Shown here: in pieces, positions 52,101 to 64,000 of the stretch
Numbering within the stretch: the stretch's first letter is position 1
Layout of the letters: each line of letters begins with the position of its first letter
From: Octopus sinensis
Taxonomy: Eukaryota
Direction: 5' to 3'
Length of the DNA stretch: 64,000 nucleotides
Assembly (NCBI RefSeq): GCF_006345805.1
Contig: NW_021833224.1
Coordinates: forward strand, 1 to 64,000
The notes under the pieces: model-generated
Seen by the model: only the letters and a program-made list of their open reading frames with translations
Told to the model about the DNA's origin: nothing
Databases searched by the model: none
Made by a program: the position numbers and the translations under genes

Positions 52101-53690
52101 CAAAGATTTATGGGAGAGATACAAGGATGCATTGTGCGATGACAAAAAGGCAAAAGCACGTGGGAACCAACAGAATTCTTTTACAATAATGTCCTGCTTT
52201 CCATCAAAGTAAGATTGGCCAGAGAAGAAATAACAATGTGAAATCTTGGTCTTCTAGAGCCAGATTTTATAAGTGAACCAGTTCTGCTCTCATTGCTAAA
52301 GCTGCTCTCTGTGACCGTGTTTTCGAGAGGTATCCAACACTAAATGCTGAACAGAAGTATTGTTTTTGACCAAGTTGTTGGATCAGTTATAAACAAGGAG
52401 GGGGAAATATTTTGCATGAACGCGGGTGGTGGTGCTCTGGGAAGACTTACACAATCAATCTGATTCTCGCTGAAGTTCGGTCATAAGGTCATATTGCTGT
52501 TGCCACTGCAGTCTCTGGATTTGCTACCACCCTGCTGGAAAATGGGCGAACTTTGCACTCCAGATGCAGTATTTCATTGCGAATTACAGAAGAATTTATG
52601 TGCCATATGAAAATAAGTGATTCCAGAGGTAATTGACGAGGTTACAATGGGTCAGAGGCATGTCTATGATTGTGTTGATCGCAGTCCTAGAGAAGTTTGA
52701 CAACCAGATAAGCTGTTTGGCGGTCTGACTGTTTTGTTTTCTGGAGAATGGAAGCAGATCTTGCGCTTGGTGCAAAGAGGTTACAGAGTTCAGATTGTTC
52801 ATGCCATATAAAACAGTCATACATTTGGAACCATGTCCAAAGCTTTCAGTTGTCTGTCAATATGAGAGTCCGAAATTCTTGCGGTGTTGACACAACTTTC
52901 GCACCCTATCTTGACCAGCTGGGGAATAGAACATTTTCCCTCAATAAAGAAATTGGTGAATACAAAATATCTATAGCCCCACCGCATTTGATTGACTCTA
53001 CAAGGCTACAGGATCTTTGTGAAGTGGTCTTCAGGGCTATTGAGGATAAATATAGAGAGGGTCTATGGATAAGCAGCAGAGCCATCATTATTCCTACAAA
53101 CAAGGCTGCTGAAAAAGTAATAAAGTTGTCATGTCAAAGCTTCTACAAGGATATAGTAGAACTTATCAAAGCTGTGATACTTTATACGAAAACGAGACTG
53201 AGTTCCCACCGGAACTGATCAATGATCTCAACTCATCAGGATTTCCACCATACATTTTGTTTTGAAGAAGCACTCTTCAATTATGCTGCTCAGAAACCTT
53301 GATCCAGCAGGGGGTCACTGTAACGGAACAAGATATATGGTCGTGAATTTGCACAACCACCTTATTGAAGCAGATGTGGCCGATGGGACACATGCTGGAA
53401 TCCGAATAATGATACCCCGAATTCCACGGACCACCACTGAAGACTATCCGTTCTCATTTTCCAGGAAGCAGTTTCCTCTGAAACTGGTTTTTGAAAGGAC
53501 AAATCCCAAGGTCAGACTTAAGAAACAGTTGGAATTTACCCGCCAACACCTATGTTCATCCATGGCCAGTCCTATGTTGCCAATAGCACGATCGGTTCTG
53601 GGAACAATGTGCATATATTGGCTTTGGACTCAGAGTATAAGGGTATGAATGGAATATACACTGACAAAGTTGTCTATTAGGAAATTCTAT
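49200..53690 (+). mobile_element. Degraded autonomous-type Helitron (Rep HUH + Pif1 helicase)
   Basis: PPSHTGSPR, GKPDYFITMATNP, TIEWQK..HILL, HGSCG..NP..PCM, VKYLF..LTKGPD, GKTY, FGGLTVLFSGEWKQI, IMLLRNLDP..GHCNGTR, RKQFPLKL. Termini not identified. Confidence 0.93.
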
Positions 53691-53739
53691 AAAAAATTAG
53701 TAGGTTTTACATTTTACTTTCAAACTACAACAGGAGTGT

Positions 53740-53900
53740 AGATATGTAAGTAACTGAATCGACCGACTGGAGGGCGGTGGTTCAGCTAGTTTCTATAATT
53801 TTGAAATTTTATCACTTTTTATTCTGAACTCGACAAAGACAAGCTATCTGTCGAAATATCGTTCAACCAATAAAATATCGACTGCAGTCGCATCGCGCTC
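53740..53900 (+). mobile_element. Short repeat end with decayed hammerhead fold
   Basis: tgaac-tcgacaa-a-gaca..tgtc-gaaat-atc-gttca at 53825-53865, followed by aataaaa. Confidence 0.45.
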
Positions 53901-53910
53901 TTCCTCTTGA

Positions 53911-54106
53911 CTAGGAAGAAGAAAAAGAAGAAGAAGAAGAAGAAGAAGAAGAAAAGAAGAAGAAGAAGAGAAGAAGAGAGAAGAAAAAGAATAAGAAGAA
54001 GAAGAAAAAGAAGAAGAAGAAGAAGAAGAAGAAGAAGAAGAAGAAGAAGAAGAAGAAGAAAGAAGAAGAAGAAGAAGAAGAAGAAGAAGAAGAAGAAGAA
54101 GAAGAA
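53911..54106. repeat. (AAG)n microsatellite
   Basis: Direct sequence. Confidence 0.98.
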
Positions 54107-55317
54107 AATGTCAGCTCCGCGCTGAATAACAATATGGGCGTGTTACACCGGACTCTCCATACAAATACAAATTATCTAATCTATAACACCAGTGTAATAA
54201 GAAAAAGGAACCCGCGGAAGACTTGCAGGAACGGCATTTTAACGAAAATAATCACAAAAAAAACGAAATTTTACTGCCATAACGAAACAGTTTCTCCCAT
54301 GCACGATGTCTCAGTGAAACATGTGCGAAAGACACGTGCGAAATCAACGTCGAAAACTTTACAAATTATAAAATATAAGTGGAACAAAACAGTAAATTCA
54401 TAAATTGATTTAATTATGCATACACTCGAATGTCTATACATTCATATATTAATACCCATAGGACTACACATACACTCAATGTTTACACAACTACGTGAAA
54501 TTTACAGGACACACATACAAGTATATGACAGCACGTGTCGCAAACGAAACAAAACTATAACAATACAATTTTCTTTTTCTTCGAACTAACACAGAGTGAA
54601 TAATTCATAATAAGTTTTAAATAAGTGCAAAGAAACTATGCCTAGAGATAAATCTGTCAACAACAACAAAAACATACAGACGAATACAGATCTGTTTGCT
54701 TTTAAAAGCGATGTTACGAGCAATGCTTTCATTCAGAGAACATGTTGTCTCAAAATGTTAACGCAAAACAAACTGATCCTACCTTAATATTAACGTCCAA
54801 ACGCATCATGCCTCAAATATAACAAAGCAATATACACAGCGGATCGTTCGTTACCAGAGTCAAGATGGCCGCGCACGCCAGTGAGGGACCAGACTGGGTG
54901 TGAAAAATCAGATACTGGTTCAAATCTTTCCGTAACGCAGGAGCTCGAAGTACCCCCCACAACCGGAATATTCCATCAAATGGCCATCCAAGCTCGTCAT
55001 TGGGAGATAAATCTAATACTGAACAAACCTACCTAAACTGAAGAGAGGAGCATCTTGAAGTAAGATCTTATATAGTAACAACCTTGCCAACGTCAGAAGA
55101 AACGAAGATGCAGGTAAAGAAGATACTACTGTGGAAATAATTACAGACTAACCCAGGTCTGATGAAAATGCGGTAATGATAATGAGTCAATGTAACTTAT
55201 AAGCAAAGTGAAATACTCTCTGAACCAACCATAAACACCAAGGCAGATGAAAATCAAATAGATGAAGAAAGTAAAACAGAAATTGACCCAACTGAACTGG
55301 AGGATCTAAGCAATCTG

Positions 55318-57200
55318 CAGCTTTGTTTTCCCACCACTTGTCTTTCATCTGTCGCAGCTCAGTCTGCACCTTTGTTTTCCCACCACTTGTCTTTCATCTG
55401 TCGCAGCTCAGTCTGCACCTTTCCTCTGATGTTCTTGAGGCGGTCGTGCTTGGCTTGGGAGTCTTTGTCGTTGAGCCAGCCTGTGAAGGCTTCTTTCTTC
55501 TCCTGGAGGAGGGTGGTGAACCCCTTGTTGTTGTCAAACCAGTCTTGTTGTTTCCGTTTTGTGTGGCCAAGGGTAAGGCTGGCAGAGTCATACACTGCAC
55601 CCCGAAGTTGGCCCAGGCCTTCTCAATATTTCCCTCTGCTGGCAGATGTTCAAGCTGGTTCGCAAGGTTGGCAATGAGGGTCTCTTTTGGTTTTGGTTCA
55701 TTGAGTTTCTGGACGTCCAGTTTCTTTTTAACATCAGCTTTCTGGCGTCTGTGTCTGCTGACAATGGAAAAGGACAGTCTGCACCTCAACAGCAGGTGAT
55801 ATGTCCAGCAATCAGCTCCCCTCATTGCCCTAGTGATGCAAACATTCTGGATGTCACGGCGCCTGGTGATCACATAGTCAATCAGGTGCCAATGCTTGGA
55901 CCTGGGTGCATCCAGGTAGCCTTGTGGATGTCAGGCATTTGGTACAGGGTATTGGTGATGGTGATTCTCTGTTCAGCGCAGAAGGTCAGTAGCAGTTGAC
56001 GGCTGTTGTTCTCATGTCCGATGCCATGCGGCCCGATGACATCTGGCCAAGGTTGGGCATCTCTGCCTACACGGGCATTGAAGTCCCCGAGTATCAGCAG
56101 CTTGCTATTCTTTAGGAACTGAACCCGTAGCACTTTGGTGAGGTTCTGATAGAACAGGTCTCTCTGCTCCAGAGTGTAGGTCGCAGTTGGGGCTTAAGCA
56201 CTGAGGTCAGGTGCATCTTGCCTTGGAGAGGAGTTCTCATCACCATCAGGCGATCGCTGAATCCTCTTGAGAGGGATTCCATGTTTTTGACGAGGGCGGT
56301 GCGAATGGAAAAGCCAACTCCTACTTCCCTGCGTTCATCCGCTGCCTTCCTTGACCAAAAGAAAGTTATCTAGCCCCAGCCTCGGTGATCTCCCCCGTGT
56401 CGGCAAGGCGTGTCTCGCTGAGGGCAGCAACATCAATGCTGTATCTCTGAAGTTCACAACCCACAAGTGCTGTTCGACGTTCTGGTCTGTCACAGTTTTG
56501 GTTGTCCATGTGTGTCCTGATGCTCCAGGCTCCAACACATAAAGTGCTTTTCGGGCGGGAGGATTTGGGATTCTTCTTTCGTATTTCTTTCATGTTTCGA
56601 CCGCGTGGTAGATGACCAGTCAGCTGCGGTATGCTGGCAGGATGAGATGAGGCAAGCTTTCTTTAGGTCACATTTTCTAGACCCTTCCCCCTAAGGGGGC
56701 GAGCAGTGCTATCCCTGAAGAGGGTTGTTCCGTCGTCAGAGTGGCTGCCGAACTATGCCCTTGCCCAGTAGGTTGCAGAACGACAACCCGAGTGTAGGTA
56801 CATGGCTAGCAGCTCCCAGAGCAATCCTGCACCTGCCACCATCACCATGCGCCCATCGCCTAAGGACTTGGAAAAAGAAGAAGTAGAGGGGTGGCGTCAC
56901 TGAATCCTGGGCAAGGGAACTGTGGAGGCCTTGGGTTGCGCAAGACCACCCCACCCCCTCTCGGTACAGCTGATCTAGCCAGGAGGGACGCAGGACGATA
57001 CATCCTAGCCACGACTGGACTGCAGGCGTTGCCGGAGATGATGGACTTCATTACCTAACCTCCTTAGGGGTTCCACTCCGGATTTGGATACGGTTTACTC
57101 CCTAGCCTTTGATTAATCAAAACACCTACCCGCAAGGCAGCAGGAGACTCTTGGAGGGCGGGGACGTCTCACTACCCGTACAGAACCAGAAGGACCTGCC
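55318..57200 (-). mobile_element. RTE (BovB-like) LINE 5' half: 5' UTR + APE
   Basis: VGAWSIRT..RPERRTALV.CELQRYSIDVAALSETR, LILGDFNARVG, TWMHP, DCWTYHLL, QDWFDNN. Confidence 0.93.
55322..55419. repeat. Exact 49-bp tandem duplication at the RTE break point
   Basis: tttgttttcccaccacttgtctttcatctgtcgcagctcagtctgcacc x2. Confidence 0.96.
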
Positions 57201-57475
57201 CACTGCCTATACGATATATACAATTTTTAAAAAAGAACACAGTATATACAATACATACACACAGAGAGTCCAAAATGCAACATATACAATACACACAAAC
57301 ACTCCACAAACACACATAGTTGAATGGCCGTTGACTACGTTGTAGTTCCTCCACTCTGCTCTGACAGAACTATTTTTTGTCCCGTAAGGTATTCAACAAG
57401 CACCGACCTTACCAAGCAAGCGTGGTGGAGTTGGCAGTTTAGTCGCCGACGACCCGACCATGGAACAGGTGATAG
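57200..57475. repeat. Dispersed repeat, paralog of 38880-39218
   Basis: See paralog. Confidence 0.88.
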
Positions 57476-57499
57476 TGGGCTACATGGTACCTGTAGCAC

Positions 57500-58610
57500 T
57501 CAAGAGCCATGCTCTTCCGCGCCCTGTCAAAGTCTGATGCTGGTGTCACTATTCGCTACAGATGTGACGGCCGATTCTTTGACCTCAGATGTCTGAAGGC
57601 GAAAACCAAAGTTCTGGACGCCGTAGTGAGAGATTTCCTGTTTGCAGACGATTGTGCGCTTGCAGTATTGAATGAACCAGACCTACAGCAAGAACTTGCC
57701 ACTTGTCTCGCAGAAGCAGCAAAAGCCTTCGGACTGACCATTAGCCTGCGAAACACGGAAATGATGATTCAGCCTTCACCTGGCATGACACCTCCTGAGC
57801 CCCAGATTAGATTGGGCACAACTCTGAACAACGTGGAGAGCTTTACATACCTGGGAAGCTGTCTGTCCTCAAACTGCAGCATGGACAAAGATATCTCCAT
57901 GAGGCTTGCAAAAGCAGGGGCTTCGTTTGCCAGACTTTGGGCATATGTGTGGGCTGAACGAAGCATCAGACTTTCCACCAAGCTGGCAGTCTATAGGGCA
58001 GTCGTCATTACCTCTCTGCTCTACGGATGTGAAACGTGGACGCTGTATAGGAGGCAAATGCGAGTACTTGACCAGTTCCATCTCTGCTGCTTGCGACGAA
58101 TCATGTGAATTTCCTGGGAGGACAGAGTCTCCAACACTGAGGTGCTTCGCAGAGCCTAAATGCCCGGATCGAAGCTCTCATCATGAAGGCCCAGCTCCGG
58201 TGGTTCGTATATGTAGTCCGAATGGACGACGCACATCTACCAAAGATGATCTTCTTCTCTGAGCTGACTTCTGGAGCAAGAAACTCTGGAAGGCCACTGG
58301 GGCGATACAAGGACAGCCTGAAAACTTCCCTTGAGGCCTGCGGCATTTCAGCTCGTGGCTACAAATCGCTTGCCTCTGACCGCAGCGCCTGGCGTCCAGC
58401 TGTCCAAAAGGGTGTTAAGCTGTTCGAGGAAAAGCGCCTCAAGAGCCTGGACCAGAAGCAACAAGCCCGAAAAGAGAGGATCTCCAATCTTACTTTTGCT
58501 GTTACGTGCCCAACATGTGGCCGCGTCTGCGCGTCCGCCTTTGGGTTCCGCTTTCATCTCCGGCGTCACTGATGTCACTGTCGAACCCCGACAGACTTCC
58601 ATCTTATCAT
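57500..58610 (+). mobile_element. RTE (BovB-like) LINE 3' part
   Basis: FLFADDCAL, YLGS, LLYGCETWT, QLRW, YKDSLK, CPTCGRVCASAFGFRFHLRRH*. Confidence 0.94.
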
Positions 58611-59445
58611 GAGGGGCTGTATGAATGTATGTTGGTCTGTGTGCATATTGTGTATGGGTGGGGGTGTTATGTGTGTTGTATGTGTGCATATTATATGAGA
58701 TTATATGCTCTGTTTGTTGGTGTGTATGTATTTTAGGTGTGTATGTTTGTTATGTGTATTTGTATGCGTGTACGGTATGTGTGTGTGTATGCCATGTGCG
58801 TCCGTGTGTTCGTATATTATGTGGGTGTGTATGTTCTGTTTGTTGGTTAATGTGTATATTTTGTGGAGGTGTTCATGGTATGTGTGTTGCTGTGTTTCTA
58901 TACTGTTTGCATACGTGTGTGTGTGTTTGTGTGTGTGTGTATTATGTGGGAGTGTGTGCTATGTGAGTTGGTCTGTGTGTATATTATTTGGGTGTGTGTG
59001 CTATGTGAGTTGGTGTGTGTATATATTTTGAGGGGTGAATGCTATGTGTGTTGGTGCGTGTGTACATTTTGTGGGGGAGTGTGTGTTATTTGTTGGTGTG
59101 AGTTTGTGTATTACATTGGGGTTGTGTGGCATGTGTGTTGCTCTGCGTGTATATATTATGTATGTGTGTTGGGGGAGTGCTTTGTGTATTGGAGTGTGTG
59201 TGTGTATCATATGGGCGTGTTTGCTATGCATGTTGTTGTTTGTGTATATTATGTGGGGTGTGTGTGTGCCATGTTGAACGATGTGTGTGTATATTATGTG
59301 GGATGTAATGCTTTATGTGATTGTCTGTGTGTATGTTATGTGGTAGTGTGTGCTATATGTGTTGGTGTGTGAATGTGTGTATTATGAGGGCACTTGTGCT
59401 ATGTGTGTTTGCCGTTGTGCATGTTATGTGATGCTGTGTGCTGTT
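58610..59445. repeat. Degenerate ~40-45-bp TG-rich minisatellite
   Basis: Recurring unit like tgctatgtgtgttggtgtgtgtgtatattatgtgggtgtg. Confidence 0.8.
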
Positions 59446-59459
59446 TGAAAATGTAGTAG

Positions 59460-60112
59460 CACTATTCATGATGAAGGAGGTGATGGGGCCTAGTTGGAGA
59501 TGGCAGAATGCCTGTAAGATCATTCAAAGAAGAGGGAGTGTGGAGGTGTTGAAAGGAGGGAAAAGGGGATACGGTTGGAAGACCGGCGTGGGAAAGGAGA
59601 GAAGGCTGTAGCGGGCACGAGTAAGGACATCTTGGATAAGGATGGCGGGGTATTCAGGACGTGTAAACAGGGGGGTAAAGTATTGAAATTGAGTCTCGAT
59701 ATCCTGGTTGCGGCTATACAAACGTTGGAGACAGAGGAATCGGGAGTAGGGGATGGGCAATATTTTTGTGGGAAGGGTAGGAGGAGGATAATTGAGGTAA
59801 ATGTGTGAGTCCATGGGTTTGAATGGGTGGATGTGGTGAGAGTGTGTGGGTGACGAAATCGACAGAGAGAAAGAGATGTCGAGTGATAGAAAATGACAGG
59901 TAATTCAAAGGAAGGATGGAAGTTGGAGATGAAAGAAATAGAGGGAGAGCTGCTTACGAGAGAGGGAGGTAGCGCCAATGCAGTCGTGTATGTAACTACC
60001 GTATAGATCTGGGGTCTGTATGGAGAACTGTAAGAAGATTTGGGCCTCAATGTAACTGACAAATAAGTTGGCAAAATTGGGACCCATTTTCCTTCCCATG
60101 GTAAAACCAGAT
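59460..60112 (-). mobile_element. Penelope-like element reverse transcriptase fragment
   Basis: MGRKMGPNFANLFVSYIE, YIHDC, DSHIYLNY, IPYSRFL.LQRL, EYPAILI. Confidence 0.88.
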
Positions 60113-60114
60113 AC

Positions 60115-60115
60115 A

Positions 60116-60189
<74 letters not shown>

Positions 60190-60205
60190 CCTATCTATCT
60201 ATCTT

Positions 60206-60284
<79 letters not shown>

Positions 60285-60285
60285 G

Positions 60286-60317
<32 letters not shown>

Positions 60318-60345
60318 ACTATCTATCTGCCTATCTATCTATTAT
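60115..60345. repeat. (TCTA)n microsatellite
   Basis: Direct sequence. Confidence 0.98.
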
Positions 60346-62072
60346 GCATAAATGAATATATCTTTGGATGTATTTCCTTTGAGAGTTTTAATTCAAATTT
60401 TATTTTCTCGCATATATATGAATATATTTTGTTTATTTTATAAGATAAGTTCATGTCTAGAGAATGTGCTGTGTTACATTGTTTCGCTGTGATTCTTTAC
60501 AGTATGTGTTGTGCAAAATGTAAATATTTTATCGTCCGGTGATTATATATGGAATGTTTTGTTGCAGAGAATGGAACCATTTGAGATGTGCAACTGAATT
60601 GAAAGTGTCTTGCGTACGATGTGGGCTGAGTTTAGTTAGATTATCTTTTGGATTGAGAATAACGTTGACATGGGTTTTACGATCTTCTTTATATTGTTAT
60701 CATACTTTTATATTTTTATCATATTTTTATCATATTCAGTTATTAGTGATATCGTCTTCAAATTCATAGCTGATTCCTGATCATTTTAAATTCATGAAAC
60801 TTGAATATTTGTAGTTTCTACCCTTCTCACCGGAAATGCTTTGGCAAAAAAATAATTGAAATATCAGAGTACAGATATCATTGTTTCATTTTTTGGCAAA
60901 TTATATTTGTACAGTTTTCCTTGATGTCTTTATCTGTCATTCCGCTGTTGATTGTGGTCAGGTCGTTATTATGGATTATGTTTGATGTTTTATCACTTCA
61001 TATCCGTTCGTTTCTCTCCAAATTACGATATATGTTCCATTGGACATATATTACTGTCTGGGAACATTATTGGTCTTGGCAAAGGAACGGATCACCGGAA
61101 AGGATGTGGTCAACTCTCTCATTATGTTTTTCGTTGTATAATCTATGTTCCGCATACAGAAGTCAGTCCTAAAAAGTTCTCCAATAAGTACGTATTAGGC
61201 TACATTTCGCTGCGGATGTCTGATAAAACCGACACATGTCCGACGTTAACTCCAAACCTACGAAAAATTAGACTTGTTCCCCAATGTTTAGCTCTACATT
61301 ATTTTTAATCAATTTCAATTTCGGAATTTCTCTAAGTTGCATCTCTTGACAATGGTTCTCAATTAACCAGATGATTGTTTTTTTGGTGTTGTTTTTTTTT
61401 TTTGCTCTTCATTATGTGTATAATTTCAATTAATTCAAATACAAAATTCACTCATTATTCCGCTCTTAACATACGCAGTACTTTCACAATCTTTTCTGAA
61501 GTGTCCAGAATGTTCTCTTCCAAGAAATACTGGTGCTTCTTATCTCGTTTGAAACAACATTTCCTTTTCTTTCTTCATCTTCACCTCCTTCGATTTTTGT
61601 TCCTCTCTCTTTATCTCACCCTCACTCCTCCTCTCCCCCTCTCTTCTGTTCCCTCTCTTTCTATCCCTCTCAAATTAATCGATCTCCCTCATTATTTCAA
61701 TGGATAATTTTGTAGTGATGTAGTGGTGGTCATCGTCGTATTTATTTTCGATTTATGCATATAACACGTCTCTTTCCTATTCATTTCATCTTTTTTCTTT
61801 GTAAATTAACGTTAAACGTGAATATGAAATATGAAATATTTTACAAAATAAATTTTCATTGCAGTTCTCTTCTACATCTCATTGAAATTTGGAAATGGAC
61901 GTGAGTAGATTTATATCAATATATAGACCTATATGTATGAAAATTATGAAATTCAAAACACAAAAATTTAAACTACATCATAAGTAAACAAACATAAGTT
62001 TATTTTTGAAGCGTTGAAATGTATTGTAGAAAGATATATTTTTCAACGCGTAAATACTGATAGAACAGCATA

Positions 62073-62787
62073 TCTATATATATATAAACGACAAAATGTT
62101 TGTGTGTGTGTGTGTATCCTTTATACAAATCCACAATTTTTCAGTTAGAGGGCTCGCACTTTCTATGGTTATTCAAACCCGTCCAAGGGTAGTTGTGAAG
62201 ATCTTTTCATTTCCCCAGTAAACCCTGAAAGCCATTAAAAAGATCGATAAACCGACCCCTTATGTTTCAAGTAACAAAAGTCTTTAATACAAGGGACGTA
62301 ACTCCAGCAGTTTAATCTAAAGATATAGCAAGGGAAATAACTCTTTAAAACTCTGCATTTCCCTCCCTTTGTTATGCATCACACTTCAATACTGTACCAG
62401 ACCAATTTATTCAATTTAGAACCGGAACTGTCCCGGATTTCAGGATTTTCCAATTTCCTAGAGAATTTCTAAACGTTTGCTTAAAATCTCTATATCTATA
62501 AATGGCAAAATGTCAGTTTTTTGATTGGACAGAGATAATTTTACACCTGACAGTTGGATGCGCATGCGCATTTGCAGACAGTCTGTATGACTCAGCGCAT
62601 TTTTGTGTTTTGCAAAGACGTGCTATCATGTGTTTTGGCTTTCAAACGTGCACGCTTTTTTGATTTGAGAAATGCAGGGAATAATTAACGAGTTAGACCA
62701 AGTGATTGACAAGAGAACAGAATTTTCATGAAAGACCAAATATGCTTGACTAGCACTAGATGCGACAACGCCGGGTCATAGTGCTAG
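62073..62787 (+). mobile_element. Non-autonomous composite Helitron (5' TC at 62073, second TC-type start at 62487, 3' hairpin-CTAG)
   Basis: A|TCTATATATATATAAACG start; caacgccgggtcatagtgCTAG|T end; no TSD. Confidence 0.82.
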
Positions 62788-62849
62788 TATAGGATCAAGT
62801 TCTGTTAGAGTAGAAGCATTTGTCGGCTTTAAAAGGATTTTATCCTATA

Positions 62850-63650
62850 CTAGCTAAAGTACCCATCTTTTGGGCGGTTTAAGTTGTTCTTGAATCAGTT
62901 CGTTAACCTTGCGGCACTGCGTGTTGTCCGAGTTGTGCGCTGGTCAAGTGACTCCGTAGCTATTGCGGCAGCAGTCACGGCAGCATTCAGCGTTAACCAA
63001 AATGCACTCTCCTCTGTAGAGTCATTTGATCGCGAAGCAGCAGTAATTTACGGGTTTTTGCTCCACGGGCCGCAAGTTTTCTTGTTGAGTTTGGATGTGA
63101 TGATTGCAAATTATTGAGTCTTGCGCTGTTGGTAGCTAATCTGGATAACCTAATTGTCCTCTGCTCCTCAGTTTCATTAACTCGACGCTGCTTTGCCCTG
63201 ACCGCATCGGTTGACAATCTGTTAAGGTACCGTTTTTTTTTCACGGGACCAGTGGTGGTCAAAAAGACCAAAAATAGAATATTTTTAAGTCTTTGATGAA
63301 TAGACCAACACTTAAATGAAATTTTCCGTAATATTGTTAACGTAACGACGTATTTTCAAGTATTAACATCATGAGCAAAACGATAATAGTGCAAAGTCAA
63401 GTGTTAAACTTAATATAGAAATAGTTTAGGAATTTTGGGTTGTGAAATATGCAAAATAATAATCTCAAGAAAACATACCTTTTATTTCAAGTTCAAAGAG
63501 TAAAAATAAATCCGAGTGAAAACAAAAATTTTACGATTTCAAAGTGAGTTGTTATTGTTGCCATCTTGTAGAACTGAACAACTTGTATACAGGAAGTCAT
63601 CAATTTTTTGCATACATATGATAATTATTGTATCTTAAGATAGATTCGCA
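62850..63650 (-). mobile_element. Non-autonomous Helitron carrying an N-terminal coiled-coil remnant
   Basis: ETEEQRTIRLSR repeat-like peptide (62993-63271); CTAG at 62853-62850 with weak hairpin upstream. The 5' end is uncertain. Confidence 0.65.
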
Positions 63651-64000
63651 TCGATGCACTTGTTAAATCGATTCATGCGATCGATAGCGCAGAAGGTAGA
63701 ATCACAAAAGCATTGTACAAATGAAAGAAAATATAAGTTGTCATAAATTATGAGAACAAAAGTTTTTAAATAGAACCCAACTTGTCGGAAACCAAAGCAC
63801 TGAAAAACAATGAAAATCTGAAGCAAAAAATTAAAGACTATAGCTAGAAATTAAATTTGTAAGCCCTATAACTCCAACAGACGGCCTAAATATAAGTAGC
63901 AGAGAAATTTGTTGGCTCTAGAAGGATTTTATCCTATATATATGGCTCTGTCAGCATTTACTCGTTGAAAAATATATCTTTCTACTTGTTCTGCAAAAAT

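Noticed and set aside
53907-54132. Poly-K/R ORF resembling a protamine-like protein
   Set aside because: It is a pure (AAG)n tract with no unique flanking coding sequence.

Overview
AT-rich, microsatellite-dense eukaryotic DNA. The SINE families and repeat load look like an Octopus (coleoid cephalopod) genome; this is inference, not a database match. No intact host gene is recognisable. The window is mostly layered mobile DNA: a near full-length CR1-type LINE (~2.0-6.4 kb), several RTE/BovB-like LINEs, R4/Dong-type and HERO-type restriction-endonuclease LINEs, Penelope-like (GIY-YIG/RT) fragments, four Helitron segments, an internally deleted mariner and two tRNA-derived SINE families. Main observations: (1) a 324-bp insert made of a tRNA-like head, an (AAT)n spacer and a Penelope-type hammerhead ribozyme, flanked by a 13-bp target-site duplication inside the mariner; (2) three Helitron 3' ends all followed by T[A/T]TAGGAT, with an apparent empty target-site paralog in the window; (3) a head-to-tail train of R4/Dong elements stacked in each other's (AAT)n tails; (4) several further intact or decayed hammerhead candidates; (5) old local duplications at 8-21 kb carrying conserved splice-donor-like motifs and a candidate hydrophobic exon. 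All alignments and folds were done by eye.
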